Assembly (NCBI GenBank): GCA_963824385.1
Contig: CAWGPD010000001.1
Span: forward strand, 242,136 to 306,135
Length of the DNA: 64,000 nt
From: an uncultured Nitrososphaerota archaeon
GTDB lineage: Archaea > Thermoproteota > Nitrososphaeria > Nitrososphaerales > Nitrosopumilaceae
Reading direction: 5' to 3'
In this document: piece after piece, positions 9,923 to 20,407 of the stretch
How the letters are laid out: the number at the start of each line of letters is the position of its first letter
Position numbering within the stretch: position 1 is the first letter of the stretch
Made by a program: the position numbers and the translations under genes
The notes under the pieces: generated by a model
What the model saw: only the letters and a program-made list of their open reading frames with translations
Databases searched by the model: none
What the model was told of the DNA's origin: nothing

Positions 9923-10153
9923 CTAGTTAGCACACATTAATGTCGTAGTGCAATAGACTTTTTCCAATTGCCTGATTTTTTTTGCTATTGTTTCACTTAT
10001 CTCATTAACATTAGGGCATTCTATTTTTACTACAATGTCATAGTTGCCAAATACCCCTGAAACTTCCTTAACAGAAGCAATTTCTTTTACTCCTTCAACA
10101 ATTGCTCCCTCTGCTCCCATCTCACAGTTTATCATGACATAGGCAGTTTCCAA
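9923..10153 (-). CDS. Lrp/AsnC ligand-binding-domain protein
   Basis: AYVMINC..G...VFGNYDIVVKIE pattern of stand-alone AsnC C-terminal domains. Confidence 0.85.
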   Translation of the reverse strand: METAYVMINCEMGAEGAIVEGVKEIASVKEVSGVFGNYDIVVKIECPNVNEISETIAKKIRQLEKVYCTTTLMCAN

Positions 10154-10351
10154 CTATACCATATCGTCTTGATAATATATGAAATTTTTGGTATTATAAC
10201 ATTATAAAACATTATAATTTTTTTATTTTACCAGCATATTATGAATTAATTATTTAAAATAAGATATTTTTTGAAATATTTTAGACTTATTAGCATATAA
10301 TCACAAATGACGATTTTACTTTTAGATCACATCATATTAAAAAATATGAAA

Positions 10352-11138
10352 CTACTGATCTCCAATTAAGAAGATTACATTTACAGTAGTTGTTACTTGC
10401 TGGTTTGATGAAAATATTGGCGTAGACCTGTCAGCCATAGCAGACATTGCACCTGGGTATATCGGCGTAGGCGGTGTATTAAAATCCGATAGATTTACAG
10501 TTTTTACGCCAATTATTTTCTGACCTAGAGGATCAATTGCGGTCTCTGCTCGAGATTTTGCATCCAAGACAGCCTTGTTTATCAAATCATCTTGCATGCT
10601 CTGTTCTTTTTCAGGAGAGAGTGAGAAAAATATGCTATCCACTCTGTTAGCCCCTGCACTAACGGCAGTATCAGTAATATTTCCAGCCATAGATAATTTG
10701 GTGGTTTTTACATACAAAGTGTTTGAAGTTTGGTAACCTATCAGTTCTGACTGGCGTATGCCAGTAGTTTGATCAGGAATAGAGTCGTTGTATACTGGTG
10801 GAAATAGAAAAGTCAGATGTACTAATCTCGTCTTTACTGATTCCAATGTTTTCAAGCGCATTTACTATTGCGTTTGTCATTTGAGAATTTTCGTTGATCG
10901 AGTCTTGGGCAGTCTTTGCCTGAGTATCAACACCAAACTGTACAGTGACCAGATCTGGTAATACGGATGCAGTTGCTGAACCTGTAGAAGACACAGTTCT
11001 CTCTTGGGATACGGGTATTGCAGGTACTTGTTGTCCATCGGCCTCTTTCTGAGACATCTCAAAATTAGCAAACACTATAGTTGAAACAATTAGAATCACA
11101 GCAAGTGTTACAAATATAGTTTTTTTGGGCAGTGCCAT
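10352..11138 (-). CDS. SIMPL (DUF541) domain protein, split by a frameshift near 10800
   Basis: 5' ORF has VSSTGSATASVLPDLVTV; 3' ORF has AGANRVDSIFFSLS and AVLDAKSRAE. Together they form one SIMPL domain. Confidence 0.85.
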
Positions 11139-11286
11139 TAACTCGTATAATCAAAGTTGAGTTTATAGACTTTGAGTATATTTTATTCTAATTTGATTTT
11201 TTATCAAAAAAGTATTATTTCACAATCTCGTTAATTGATACTCATAGACAATGTAAAAATAAGCGTGAATTGTCTTTTGATGTATC

Positions 11287-11622
11287 ATGTTGCCTTTTGT
11301 ACTAGACTTGTGGGGATGCATGCCAGAACTTTCCAAGAACTGTGTAGACATGACAAACGCCTCTTCTACCTATCTTGGAATTGTAGGAGGTGCAATCGTG
11401 GGAGGTATAGTCAGCTGGTGGATTTATAACAGACAAAAATACACATCAGAAAAACAAGATCATATCCTAGGCAGAATAAAAGATCTTGAAGAAAGTCATA
11501 CCAACATTTTAAAAAAACTTGAAGACTTTGATGATAAACATGAGAATTCATTTGACTCACTACAAGATATCAGTAGGAAGGTAGATGTTCTTTTGAAAAA
11601 ATTTGAAGATTCCTCAAAATAA
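11287..11622 (+). CDS. Single-TM coiled-coil hypothetical protein
   Basis: TM segment YLGIVGGAIVGGIVSWWIY followed by a coiled-coil-like tail. Confidence 0.65.
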   Translation: MLPFVLDLWGCMPELSKNCVDMTNASSTYLGIVGGAIVGGIVSWWIYNRQKYTSEKQDHILGRIKDLEESHTNILKKLEDFDDKHENSFDSLQDISRKVDVLLKKFEDSSK

Positions 11623-11627
11623 TATTT

Positions 11628-11783
11628 TTACTTGTCTGAAAGGGTCCATTTTTGTTCTGTATTCATTTTCAATATTTGCTCAGGCGGTATGTCTTTATGG
11701 TCAATACCAATATGATGTGTGTACTCTAGTAGGCTAGTAAATTTTTTCTTGCATACAGGGCAGTCCTTTTCAAAGCCAGTCAT
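11628..11783 (-). CDS. C2H2-type zinc-finger microprotein (51 aa)
   Basis: Manual translation: MTGFEKDCPVCKKKFTSLLEYTHHIGIDHKDIPPEQILKMNTEQKWTLSDK*. Confidence 0.7.
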   Translation of the reverse strand: MTGFEKDCPVCKKKFTSLLEYTHHIGIDHKDIPPEQILKMNTEQKWTLSDK

Positions 11784-11845
11784 TATCATTTAAGATGTCA
11801 ATTTTGTATTTTAAGATATTTCAGATTATCACTGACTAAAGATCA

Positions 11846-12259
11846 CTAGGAACGAGGTGGCATATGAAATATTTTTTGAGGTAAAATTTTTAGGAGGATT
11901 CTCTTTTCACTTGGCATTGCAAACGGGTACTTGTCAACTCCCAGATATTTTTTTGCCATTTTATCTATGTGTTTGTCAGCATCATGAGTTGTCTGTTCTA
12001 TGACTTTACCCCGTATTGTAACCATGTTGTAAGGATTCTTTTGATCAACTATAGAAATTGCAACTCTTGGATCTCTTGAGACGTTTCGCTGTTTTACCCT
12101 CCCCTCTGCCGTATTTACAATGATTACGCCATCAACCAAGTCAATCCAAGTCGGAGTTATCTGCGGTGAATTATCTCTCATCAAGGTGGCAACAAATGCC
12201 AAATTTTTGTCTTCAAGTAATTTTGCCACTTCAGGAGATATTACGCCAGTTTCAGTCAT
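11846..12259 (-). CDS. PPOX-class, probably F420-dependent oxidoreductase
   Basis: AFVATLMRDNSPQITPTW, GRVKQRNVSRDPRVAISI, LGVDKYP. Confidence 0.9.
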   Translation of the reverse strand: MTETGVISPEVAKLLEDKNLAFVATLMRDNSPQITPTWIDLVDGVIIVNTAEGRVKQRNVSRDPRVAISIVDQKNPYNMVTIRGKVIEQTTHDADKHIDKMAKKYLGVDKYPFAMPSEKRILLKILPQKIFHMPPRS

Positions 12260-12864
12260 GGTAGTTCTGCCTTGCGTCCAAATTTGCCTTCCATCACTAT
12301 TTCTGATAATGGCTTTCTTGTATTTGGTATTTCACGCACCTGTAGTTCTGGCGATAGTTTTTCCTTGGGTCCTCTTTTTCCAATTGCAACCATTGCAACT
12401 ACATCATAATCATCAGGCACTGCCAAATCCTTTCTTGCTTTTTCATAATCAAATCCTGCCATTGCATGAGTGATCAGTCCTTGTGAAACTGCCTGTAATG
12501 CAAGATTTTCACATGCAGCGCCTGTATCAAATTGGTGCGTTATAGACGGCTTTTCATTATTCTCAAAGTTTTTCCTAGAAACTATAACAACTAGAGCAAA
12601 AGCATCAGCACACCACTGTTTATTAAAATCTACAAGAAGATTGAAAAAAACGTTCCAGTTTTTTGAGTTTCTCTTTGCATAGATAAATCTCCATGGCTGA
12701 CTGTTAGAAGATGATGGTGCCCATCGTGCAGCTTCAAAAAGAGAAAATAGTTCTTTATCACTAATTTCTTCACTTACAAATGATCTTGGAGACCACCTGT
12801 TTACTATTAGTGGATTAATTTCATATGTTGTACTTCGTGTTTTCCCAACCTCGAGGTCTATCAT
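12256..12864 (-). CDS. Nitroreductase family protein
   Basis: RWSPRSF, AARWAPSSSNSQPWRF, FDTGAA, MAGFD. Confidence 0.92.
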   Translation of the reverse strand: MIDLEVGKTRSTTYEINPLIVNRWSPRSFVSEEISDKELFSLFEAARWAPSSSNSQPWRFIYAKRNSKNWNVFFNLLVDFNKQWCADAFALVVIVSRKNFENNEKPSITHQFDTGAACENLALQAVSQGLITHAMAGFDYEKARKDLAVPDDYDVVAMVAIGKRGPKEKLSPELQVREIPNTRKPLSEIVMEGKFGRKAELP

Positions 12865-12996
12865 AAATAGTGCACATGGTCTTTGATACTTAAGGTTAAC
12901 AGTACGTTTCTAACAATCTATCAAATCAGAGTTTTATAGGTTAAAGATTTTTTTATAATTACACCAGATCAGAGATAGAAAAAATAGATTATTGTA

Positions 12997-13623
12997 TTAT
13001 TTTTTCATGTTATCAATATAAGAAAACACAGGTCTAAGATATCTACTTGAAGCAATTACAGCACATGCAATACCAGTTCCAAGAAGTATGCCGCCTACTA
13101 CATCTAGTGGATAATGAACCCCCACGTATATTCTAGAATATGATACCAGTAATGCCTCAATTCCAAGAATTATTGAAAATACAATCTGTTTTCCTTTATT
13201 AAATCTCAAGAGAAGTATAGCAGCTCCTGCTGAAACAATTACAGCATGACCCGAAGGAAAAGATGGGTCAGATTCACTGCGTACCAGTAAATTCTCACTA
13301 GATGGCCTGGTTCTGTCTATTTCATTTTTAAGCACAGTGCCTAGTGGAATTAATATCAGAAAGGCTATTGTAAGCAATACTGCTGTTTTTCGACCGTCTT
13401 TTTTACCCAGTACTGCAAGTAAAATAATTACAGATATCCATACTACTTCTCTGCCATATTTTGTAAAATCAACCATTATTTTACTGAAAGTTTTGCCATG
13501 AGGATTGTTTATAGATTGAAATGAAGAAGCGTCCCATTTTGTAATCTCACTATTACTAGAGATCAGAAAAGATAGAATTACAAAACCTGCAAGCAATATT
13601 GCAGACACTACAACATACTTCAT
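12997..13623 (-). CDS. PAP2-family membrane phosphatase
   Basis: K..IDRTRP, SFPSGH, SRIYVGVHYPLDV. Confidence 0.93.
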   Translation of the reverse strand: MKYVVVSAILLAGFVILSFLISSNSEITKWDASSFQSINNPHGKTFSKIMVDFTKYGREVVWISVIILLAVLGKKDGRKTAVLLTIAFLILIPLGTVLKNEIDRTRPSSENLLVRSESDPSFPSGHAVIVSAGAAILLLRFNKGKQIVFSIILGIEALLVSYSRIYVGVHYPLDVVGGILLGTGIACAVIASSRYLRPVFSYIDNMKK

Positions 13624-13668
13624 ACATTATAATGAAAATGGCGGGTGGTATAAAATAGATTACATCAC

Positions 13669-13815
13669 TCATTTGCCAAGACAAAGATCATGTACTTGAT
13701 CGTCACTTTCCCTGCGACAAGACTTGCAGTAAAACTTGTATGGCTTGTTACATACAAGACAAGTCTTCAGGGATTGAAGTTCATACCCACAGTAACGACA
13801 TGCATCAATTCTCAT
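13669..13815 (-). CDS. Small multi-CxxC zinc-binding protein
   Basis: MRIDACRYCG...CLVC...CKSC...HDLC; 48 aa from ATG 13815. Confidence 0.65.
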   Translation of the reverse strand: MRIDACRYCGYELQSLKTCLVCNKPYKFYCKSCRRESDDQVHDLCLGK

Positions 13816-14008
13816 TTTCGGACAAACTTGGAAATTAAAATATTTAACAATTCTACAAGATTTCATAAGGGGAATATGCAGTAGTGTAAGCTAATTTATC
13901 ATCCTACATTCATAGAACAAGAAACAATTCCATAATGATGCGGCGTGACAAATTAGATTAATAATTGCAAGAAGAGGTTGGAGATTAGGTACATGTGATA
14001 ATTAAAAT

Positions 14009-15397
14009 TTATTCTACTCTATGATGTATAACAAGTTGATCATAATACCTTACTGATTTTACATTTACAAATTCCATCATTCCATATCTTGAAAGTTCAC
14101 GTCCAAAACCACTTTGTTTTACTCCACCAAATGGAATTCTAGGATCAGATATGACTACATTATTTACAGTAACAATGCCTGATTCTATTTGTCTAGATAA
14201 TTTTTCTGCTTTTTCCAGATTTAGTGTCCAAATACTGGCTCCAAGGCCATATTGTGAGGAGTTGGCTAGTTTTATTGCCTCATTTTCGTCTTCTACTACA
14301 GTTACTGGGGCTACCGGCCCAAATGCCTCCTCATGTGCTACCAGCATGTCTGGAGTAATTTTATCAAGAACAGTCGGGGCATAGAAATAACCCTTACTTT
14401 TGAGCCTCTTGCCTCCTGTAAGAATTTGGGCACCCTTGTCTACTGCGTCTTTTACAATTTCCTCTATTCGGTGTAAACCATCAGCATTTACAAGTGGTCC
14501 CATGTCAGTTGTATCAGACATTGGATCTCCCACAACAAGTTTTTCTGTTTTTTGGACAAATTTTTCAATGAATTCTTTTGCATGATTTTTTACTACAAAG
14601 AATCTCTTTGATGCGATACAACTTTGTCCACAATTGATGAATCTTCCTTTAACTGCACCAGTAGAAGCTTTTTCCACATCAGCATCAGTACACACTATAA
14701 ACGGATCACTTCCGCCCAATTCCAAAACACATTTTTTGATTTGTCCAGAAGCTCTTTGTGCAACTTTTGCCCCAACAACATTACTGCCAGTAAAAGTTAC
14801 TGCGTTAATATCAGAATCAATTAATTTTTCTGCCATTTTAGAATCGCTTACCAACGTTTGGAAAATCCCTTCTGGAAATCCAGCATTTCTAAACATGTTT
14901 TCCATTTCTATACCACATTGCATAGTAACACTTGCAGGCTTTAGAACAATTGTATTTCCAGCCATAAGCGATGGAGCTGCAAATCTTAATGCCTGCCAAT
15001 ATGGAAAGTTCCACGGCATTATACTGGCAATAATTCCAACTGGTTCAAAAGCGATAAAACTTTTTCTTGCATCAGTATTGACAACTTCAGTATTTAGAAA
15101 CGTTTCACCATTGTCGCCATAAAATTCCATTGCCCATGCACATTTTTCAACTTCGGCAAGTGATTCTTTTAGCGGCTTGCCCATTTCTTGAGTAGCAGTT
15201 TTTGCAAGAGCATCCTTGTTTTTTCGAAGTTCGGCCGAGAGAATATGCAAAAACATTGATCTTTTCTTTGGATCAACTTTCCACTTTGAAAATGCCTCTC
15301 GGGATTTGGCAACTTTATTTTTAAGCTCGGCCTCTGTTATTACTTGATATTCTGCAATCACCTCTTCAGTGGCAGGATTAATTGTAGTAATTGTCAT
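14009..15397 (-). CDS. NAD(P)-dependent succinate-semialdehyde dehydrogenase-like aldehyde dehydrogenase
   Basis: MPWNFPYWQ, FTGS, LELGGSDP, NCGQSCIA, EEAFGP, PFGGVKQSGFGRE. Confidence 0.9.
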   Translation of the reverse strand: MTITTINPATEEVIAEYQVITEAELKNKVAKSREAFSKWKVDPKKRSMFLHILSAELRKNKDALAKTATQEMGKPLKESLAEVEKCAWAMEFYGDNGETFLNTEVVNTDARKSFIAFEPVGIIASIMPWNFPYWQALRFAAPSLMAGNTIVLKPASVTMQCGIEMENMFRNAGFPEGIFQTLVSDSKMAEKLIDSDINAVTFTGSNVVGAKVAQRASGQIKKCVLELGGSDPFIVCTDADVEKASTGAVKGRFINCGQSCIASKRFFVVKNHAKEFIEKFVQKTEKLVVGDPMSDTTDMGPLVNADGLHRIEEIVKDAVDKGAQILTGGKRLKSKGYFYAPTVLDKITPDMLVAHEEAFGPVAPVTVVEDENEAIKLANSSQYGLGASIWTLNLEKAEKLSRQIESGIVTVNNVVISDPRIPFGGVKQSGFGRELSRYGMMEFVNVKSVRYYDQLVIHHRVE

Positions 15398-15417
15398 CTA
15401 AAACGAGATTAATAACA

Positions 15418-15434
15418 AAAGGTTATATACCTTT
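15418..15434. promoter_or_regulatory. Palindromic AAAGGT-TATAT-ACCTTT element: putative shared bidirectional TATA/BRE promoter or operator
   Basis: Perfect 6-bp arms around a TATA core, about 25-30 nt from both divergent start codons (15397 and 15453). Confidence 0.65.
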
Positions 15435-15452
15435 GGTTGGTTACAATATCCT

Positions 15453-15872
15453 ATGAATGGTAACTATAACCAACCAGACCCAACAACAATGTTTAGAGAT
15501 TGGATTCAACAAAGCGGTAAAGCCCAGATGGACTTTATGAGAACCTTTGGCGATATGATGTACCGTAATCATCAATCTAATCCACTTGACACATTAAAAG
15601 AAATGGCAGACACTACAACCAAAGCACAATCAGAATTTGTGCAAACAGTTGCCGAATCAGGATCAAAATCCATGTTCAATTGGTTTAATCTTGCACAGGG
15701 TTTGCCACAATTTTCAGCATGGGGAGCCTTTAAGACAACAGTTGGAAGTAACGGACGCATTTCCATACCAGAAGCAGAAAGAGAAGCAATCGGAATCAGA
15801 GAAAATGATCTGGTTCAGGTAATAGTAGTTCCAATCTACAAAAACAAATCACAACCGGAGGTGAAAAAATGA
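15453..15872 (+). CDS. AbrB/SpoVT-domain regulator, PhaR-like
   Basis: C-terminal TTVGSNGRISIPEAEREAIGIRENDLVQV AbrB motif; amphipathic N-terminus; ATGA overlap with a phasin-like gene next to phaC. Confidence 0.85.
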   Translation: MNGNYNQPDPTTMFRDWIQQSGKAQMDFMRTFGDMMYRNHQSNPLDTLKEMADTTTKAQSEFVQTVAESGSKSMFNWFNLAQGLPQFSAWGAFKTTVGSNGRISIPEAEREAIGIRENDLVQVIVVPIYKNKSQPEVKK

Positions 15873-16285
15873 GCAAAGCAGATACAACAAAAGAAGCATA
15901 TGGAGTATACAAGCAAAACGTGAATCGTTATTTTGAAGAAGTAGAAAAAAGTGTTGCACAATACATTCAAGCAGTGTCTAACCTTCAACAGGAATTCGCT
16001 ACATCATACAAAAATGCAGTAGAAACAGCAATTGAATTCCAACATGAAGCAGCAACAAAAAGCGGTCTTAATGCAAACCTTCCACCAAGTTATCTCAAAG
16101 CAATCAATGATGCAACTGAGGAGATAGTAAAAACAAGTTCCATACAGAACAAGGCAGTAATTACAGCAATGGAAGCAGCAAGACAAAACATCAAGACATT
16201 CAATGATAACTTGAAAGCATTCACAACTATGGATGCAAATATACTACAATCGTGGTTCTCAGCATGGACTCCCAGCAAGAACTAG
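15869..16285 (+). CDS. Phasin-like helical protein (putative PhaP)
   Basis: All-alpha, A/Q/E/K-rich, no TM; lies between the AbrB gene and phaC. Confidence 0.6.
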   Translation: MSKADTTKEAYGVYKQNVNRYFEEVEKSVAQYIQAVSNLQQEFATSYKNAVETAIEFQHEAATKSGLNANLPPSYLKAINDATEEIVKTSSIQNKAVITAMEAARQNIKTFNDNLKAFTTMDANILQSWFSAWTPSKN

Positions 16286-16302
16286 ATTAAATCTTTAATT
16301 TT

Positions 16303-17376
16303 TTATTTTTTTTCAGATCTTTCAGATAACCATTGGACAAACTCGGGAAGAACTTTTTTCTGAGAAAATGAGCTTGCTATCATACCGACATGCCCAGTAG
16401 GGTAAATTTTTAGAGTTTTATCTTCACTAGATACAGCATAATGAATGGGCATGCTACATTCAGGGGATACAAGATGATCTCCCACAGCAACTTGAGTTAG
16501 AAGCGGTACTGCAATGTTCTTCAAAGAGACTTGTTTTCCTCCCACGTACATGTTGTTATTGATAAGAAGATTATCTTGATAGACATCCTTTATCCACTGT
16601 CTGTAGAGTTCGCCTGGGATTGGAGGCGTATCGTTAACCCACTTTTCTACTCGGATAAAATTCTCAACGTATTCCTTATTGTGAATATTTTTAAAGAAAT
16701 TCAAATATTTTTCCATGCCCTGCTCAAACGGTTTGAGAATAGAGAAGACATAGTACATAAGCTCAGGAGGCATATTGCCCACGGTATCAACCAACTTGTC
16801 AACATCCATGTGTTTTGCAAGATTTGATACAACTGTACTATCTCGTCTTCCATCTATTATCGGGGCTGTGAGAATTAGATTTTCAATTTTCTTTGGATGA
16901 AGTGAAGTATATACAGTAGAAAGTGTTCCTCCAGTACAATATCCCTGAAGCGAGATTTTATCAGATGAAGATTCTTTTCTTACAAAATCAATGCAGTTGT
17001 CCATGTAACCATTGACATAATCATCAAAGCCTTCATGTTGATTAATTTGAGTAGGCGTTCCCCAATCAATAAGATAAACATCTACTCCATTAGTTAGTAA
17101 ATTTCTTATCCAACTCTTTTTTGGATGAATATCAAAAATATGAAATCTGTTAACTAGAGCATAAGCTATAACAAGTGGAGTCTTCATTTGTTTGGCAGCA
17201 AGCGGGCTGAAGTGAAGTAGGCGAACTTTATCTTCAGTGTGAACCACTTCATACGGAGTCACTTCAAGATTTATCTCTTCAAGAGACTGGGCAAGATTTG
17301 GCGCATCAAGAATATTCTTGTTTAGCGTGATAAATTCTGCCAATAGCTTTGGGTCTATCCTAATCTCGTTAGCCAT
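16303..17376 (-). CDS. phaC: Class III polyhydroxyalkanoate synthase subunit
   Basis: TP..VV..EDKVRLLH, YALVNR..IFD, DVYLIDWG, lipase box GYCTGG, Asp in GDHLV, His in TGHVG; 357 aa. Confidence 0.93.
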   Translation of the reverse strand: MANEIRIDPKLLAEFITLNKNILDAPNLAQSLEEINLEVTPYEVVHTEDKVRLLHFSPLAAKQMKTPLVIAYALVNRFHIFDIHPKKSWIRNLLTNGVDVYLIDWGTPTQINQHEGFDDYVNGYMDNCIDFVRKESSSDKISLQGYCTGGTLSTVYTSLHPKKIENLILTAPIIDGRRDSTVVSNLAKHMDVDKLVDTVGNMPPELMYYVFSILKPFEQGMEKYLNFFKNIHNKEYVENFIRVEKWVNDTPPIPGELYRQWIKDVYQDNLLINNNMYVGGKQVSLKNIAVPLLTQVAVGDHLVSPECSMPIHYAVSSEDKTLKIYPTGHVGMIASSFSQKKVLPEFVQWLSERSEKK

Positions 17377-17379
17377 TCT

Positions 17380-17946
17380 TTATGTTACTTCCGTGTTGGT
17401 TATTTTTTCAAGTTTGGCAACTCTTTTTCGCAAAGAGTGTAATTCTTGGTACACTTCATCCATGTCCTTTTTGGTAGGCATGTTTGCACTTTCAAGTAAT
17501 GCCGAAGTCATATTATTCCAGTGTTTTGCAATCTCAAGCTCACTTGTTACAAGTTTACCGAAATTTTCGGCAAATTCAGACGAGTCAAAGAGTTTTGTAA
17601 AATAATTTTCAAACATGTCAATCCAGATACGCTTTGATGCCTCCATATTTTCTATATCGTTTGGAAGTTCTGGTACCTTTCTAGAGTATTCCTTTTGAGC
17701 CTCGTTCCAGGTATCAGCAAGCTGTTTGTAGTAAGCCGCAAGTCTTGAATTAAATTCTGTCATATCTTCATTCATCTCAATTGTCTCAGTGCTCAGTTTT
17801 TTGGCAGTAACGGCAAATTTTCGAAATGGACCCGTAGCTGTGATAGTCTGTTGCTTGTTTGACATCAAAAACAACAGATCTGTCCAGAATAGTGAGGTAT
17901 GCTTGTAATCAGCAAGTGATTTTTTCAAATCTGGTGGAATGGACAT
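17380..17946 (-). CDS. phaE: Class III PHA synthase subunit PhaE
   Basis: RIWIDMFE..F..LF.S.EFA and NMPTKKDMDEVYQELHSLRKRV; 3 bp upstream of phaC. Confidence 0.88.
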   Translation of the reverse strand: MSIPPDLKKSLADYKHTSLFWTDLLFLMSNKQQTITATGPFRKFAVTAKKLSTETIEMNEDMTEFNSRLAAYYKQLADTWNEAQKEYSRKVPELPNDIENMEASKRIWIDMFENYFTKLFDSSEFAENFGKLVTSELEIAKHWNNMTSALLESANMPTKKDMDEVYQELHSLRKRVAKLEKITNTEVT

Positions 17947-18051
17947 GGTTAGGTAGAATGTAATGGTTTTCACTACATATAGAGATTACTTCATTTATCA
18001 GTCAAAAAAGAAATAGCTAATTGTTAAAAATAAGCTCGGACAAGTAACTGT

Positions 18052-18498
18052 ATGACAATGAGTAAAACAACACCTCAAGAAAACAAGGCAGAAGATACAC
18101 CCGTATTATCAGTATGTGATGTAATGAGAGACAATACAAATCAGGTTATAATGAAAGTTGAGAGTCTACTTCCTACATACATTGAAAGTATTGCCAACCT
18201 CCAGGAGGAATACTTGCACATTGCAAGAGACTTTTTTGGAACCTGTTATATTGCAGAAAAAGAACTACTGGACAAGTTGGGTGTAGATCACAAGGCTATC
18301 GAGGGTTTTGACAAATATCTCAAGGTTTTAACAAAATATACCATATTAGATATAGACATGGCAACCAATTTTCAGAAAACATTTGTTACCAATACCTTAT
18401 CGGCCATGAAGACATATGATAATTATGTAAAACTCATGTTGTCAGAATATGCCAAGATGTTAGAATATACATCTGCCATGTTACCCAAGAAAAACTGA
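18052..18498 (+). CDS. Second phasin-like helical protein
   Basis: PTYIESIANLQEEY resembles AQYIQAVSNLQQEF of 15869-16285; divergent from phaE. Confidence 0.6.
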   Translation: MTMSKTTPQENKAEDTPVLSVCDVMRDNTNQVIMKVESLLPTYIESIANLQEEYLHIARDFFGTCYIAEKELLDKLGVDHKAIEGFDKYLKVLTKYTILDIDMATNFQKTFVTNTLSAMKTYDNYVKLMLSEYAKMLEYTSAMLPKKN

Positions 18499-18590
18499 TC
18501 GCTATATAATTATTATAAATAGTTCTTATCAACTAGTCATAACTAGTACCAACAAAACCTTATTTTGCGTATAAAACTCAAAAAAAAGGA

Positions 18591-19376
18591 ATGGAGGAAA
18601 AATTTGTTACGATAAATAGAAATAAAATAAGATATTTGGAAGACGGTAAATCAGATCGGAACGTACTGTTACTACATGGGCTTGGAGGATATGCTGAAAG
18701 ATGGAGTAATGCAATGCCATTTTTGGCTAAAAAATTTCACCTATATGTTCCAGATATGATAGGATACGGACAAAGTGACAAGCCTACTGCAGATTATACC
18801 CCTGAATATTTTGCAAAATTTGTTTTTGAGTTCATGGATGCAGTAGGAATTAAAAAAACATTCATGATTGGAACTTCACTTGGAGGTCAGGTAGTAGTAG
18901 AATGTGCAGCAACCCAACTTCCAACAATAAAGAAGATTATTTTAATTTCTCCTGCAGGAATAATGAGAAAATCCACTCCCGTACTTGATGCATATACCAT
19001 GGCTGCACTATATCCTACCAAGGAAGCTGTAAAGAACGCATATCAGATGATGGTAGGTCCAGGCAAGGAGGTATCAGAAATATCAATTGAGAGGTTTGTC
19101 AATAACATGTCAAGGCCAAATGCAAAGATGGTATTTCTATCAACACTTTTGGGACTCAAAAATGCTCCTGATATTTTTGAAAAGCTAGGAAAGATCACAT
19201 CACCTACTCTTGTGATCTGGGGAAAAGAGGATAAACTCATACCGTTTGAATATGCGCAACAATTTGTTTCAGCTATTAATGACTGTAAATTTATCCCAAT
19301 GGAAGGATGCGGACATTCCCCATATGTTGAAGACCCAGAAAAACTCTCAGAGCTAGTGATCAAGTTTCTTTCATAA
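18591..19376 (+). CDS. Alpha/beta-fold hydrolase
   Basis: LLHGLGG, PDMIGYGQS, GTSLGG nucleophile elbow, WGKED, GHSP. Confidence 0.92.
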   Translation: MEEKFVTINRNKIRYLEDGKSDRNVLLLHGLGGYAERWSNAMPFLAKKFHLYVPDMIGYGQSDKPTADYTPEYFAKFVFEFMDAVGIKKTFMIGTSLGGQVVVECAATQLPTIKKIILISPAGIMRKSTPVLDAYTMAALYPTKEAVKNAYQMMVGPGKEVSEISIERFVNNMSRPNAKMVFLSTLLGLKNAPDIFEKLGKITSPTLVIWGKEDKLIPFEYAQQFVSAINDCKFIPMEGCGHSPYVEDPEKLSELVIKFLS

Positions 19377-19493
19377 TAAATTGTTCCACATAACAAAATC
19401 AATCATGAGAATCATAATCAATGTAAATAAGCATAATCTTAGAAGTGTCTATATGAATAACATAATCGTACAAGAGAAAGGACATTATACGTT

Positions 19494-20303
19494 ATGAATT
19501 TATTTTTAAAAGATAAATCATTAGAAGAAGTATTACCAGAATCAATATTTTCTACGCCTGCAGTAAGTATTAGAGTAGAGGATACATTGGGAGAAGCAGC
19601 AACGCTTCTTCCACATCATCTTGAAACATTAACTGATTCGCTAGTTGTTACAAGTAATGACAGGCCAGTTGGCGTAATAGGAGGAATTGAAGTTTTAGAA
19701 GGAATTCTAAAAAATCAAAGTAGAGAATTTCTTGACAAGACAAAGATTGGAGATGTAATGGCCAAGAATCTTGTAATCATGAATTCAAAGAGTAAATTTT
19801 CAGAATTGGTGGATAGATGGTTGGAAACCAGAAGGGCATTTTCCATAATACCAAATCAGTACAAGGGATATTCAGTAATATCTGCAAGAAAGATTCTCGA
19901 AGTTGGCACTTTTTTTAAAATTAATACTACAATCTCTTCAATTCCTACAAAAAAAATAATCACATTCCACAAAAGTGATACAGTAAGGCAGATTATACAA
20001 CGAATGTTCGATAATGAGACTCGAAAGCTAGTGTTAGAAGGCACTTCATTCTACATCAATGACAGAATAATCATACAAAAATTAGTCAGAGAGTTTAACT
20101 GCCTCAGAGAGGGACAAGACTTCTTGGGAATGAATTCAGACACTTTTAACCTAGAAGAGGCAAATAATGTATCGGGCGACCTTACAATCACCAAAGCATG
20201 TAAAATTATGCAAGATATGAAATCACCCTATCTGAGAGTGAATGATAAAGTCATCAGTCCATGGGATATGGTTTTAATTCTAAATTCTGAAAACTTGTCA
20301 TAA
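19494..20303 (+). CDS. CBS-domain protein
   Basis: Degenerate CBS pairs (DTLGEAA...RPVGVI; DTVRQIIQRM). Confidence 0.7.
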   Translation: MNLFLKDKSLEEVLPESIFSTPAVSIRVEDTLGEAATLLPHHLETLTDSLVVTSNDRPVGVIGGIEVLEGILKNQSREFLDKTKIGDVMAKNLVIMNSKSKFSELVDRWLETRRAFSIIPNQYKGYSVISARKILEVGTFFKINTTISSIPTKKIITFHKSDTVRQIIQRMFDNETRKLVLEGTSFYINDRIIIQKLVREFNCLREGQDFLGMNSDTFNLEEANNVSGDLTITKACKIMQDMKSPYLRVNDKVISPWDMVLILNSENLS

Positions 20304-20407
20304 TTTACAAGAAATCATAACACTTGATTATTTCTTCAAGAGACTTGCAAATGAGAAAAATAGAAAACATCATAATCCAATGTCAAGATAGAGATGACAG
20401 ATAAAAA

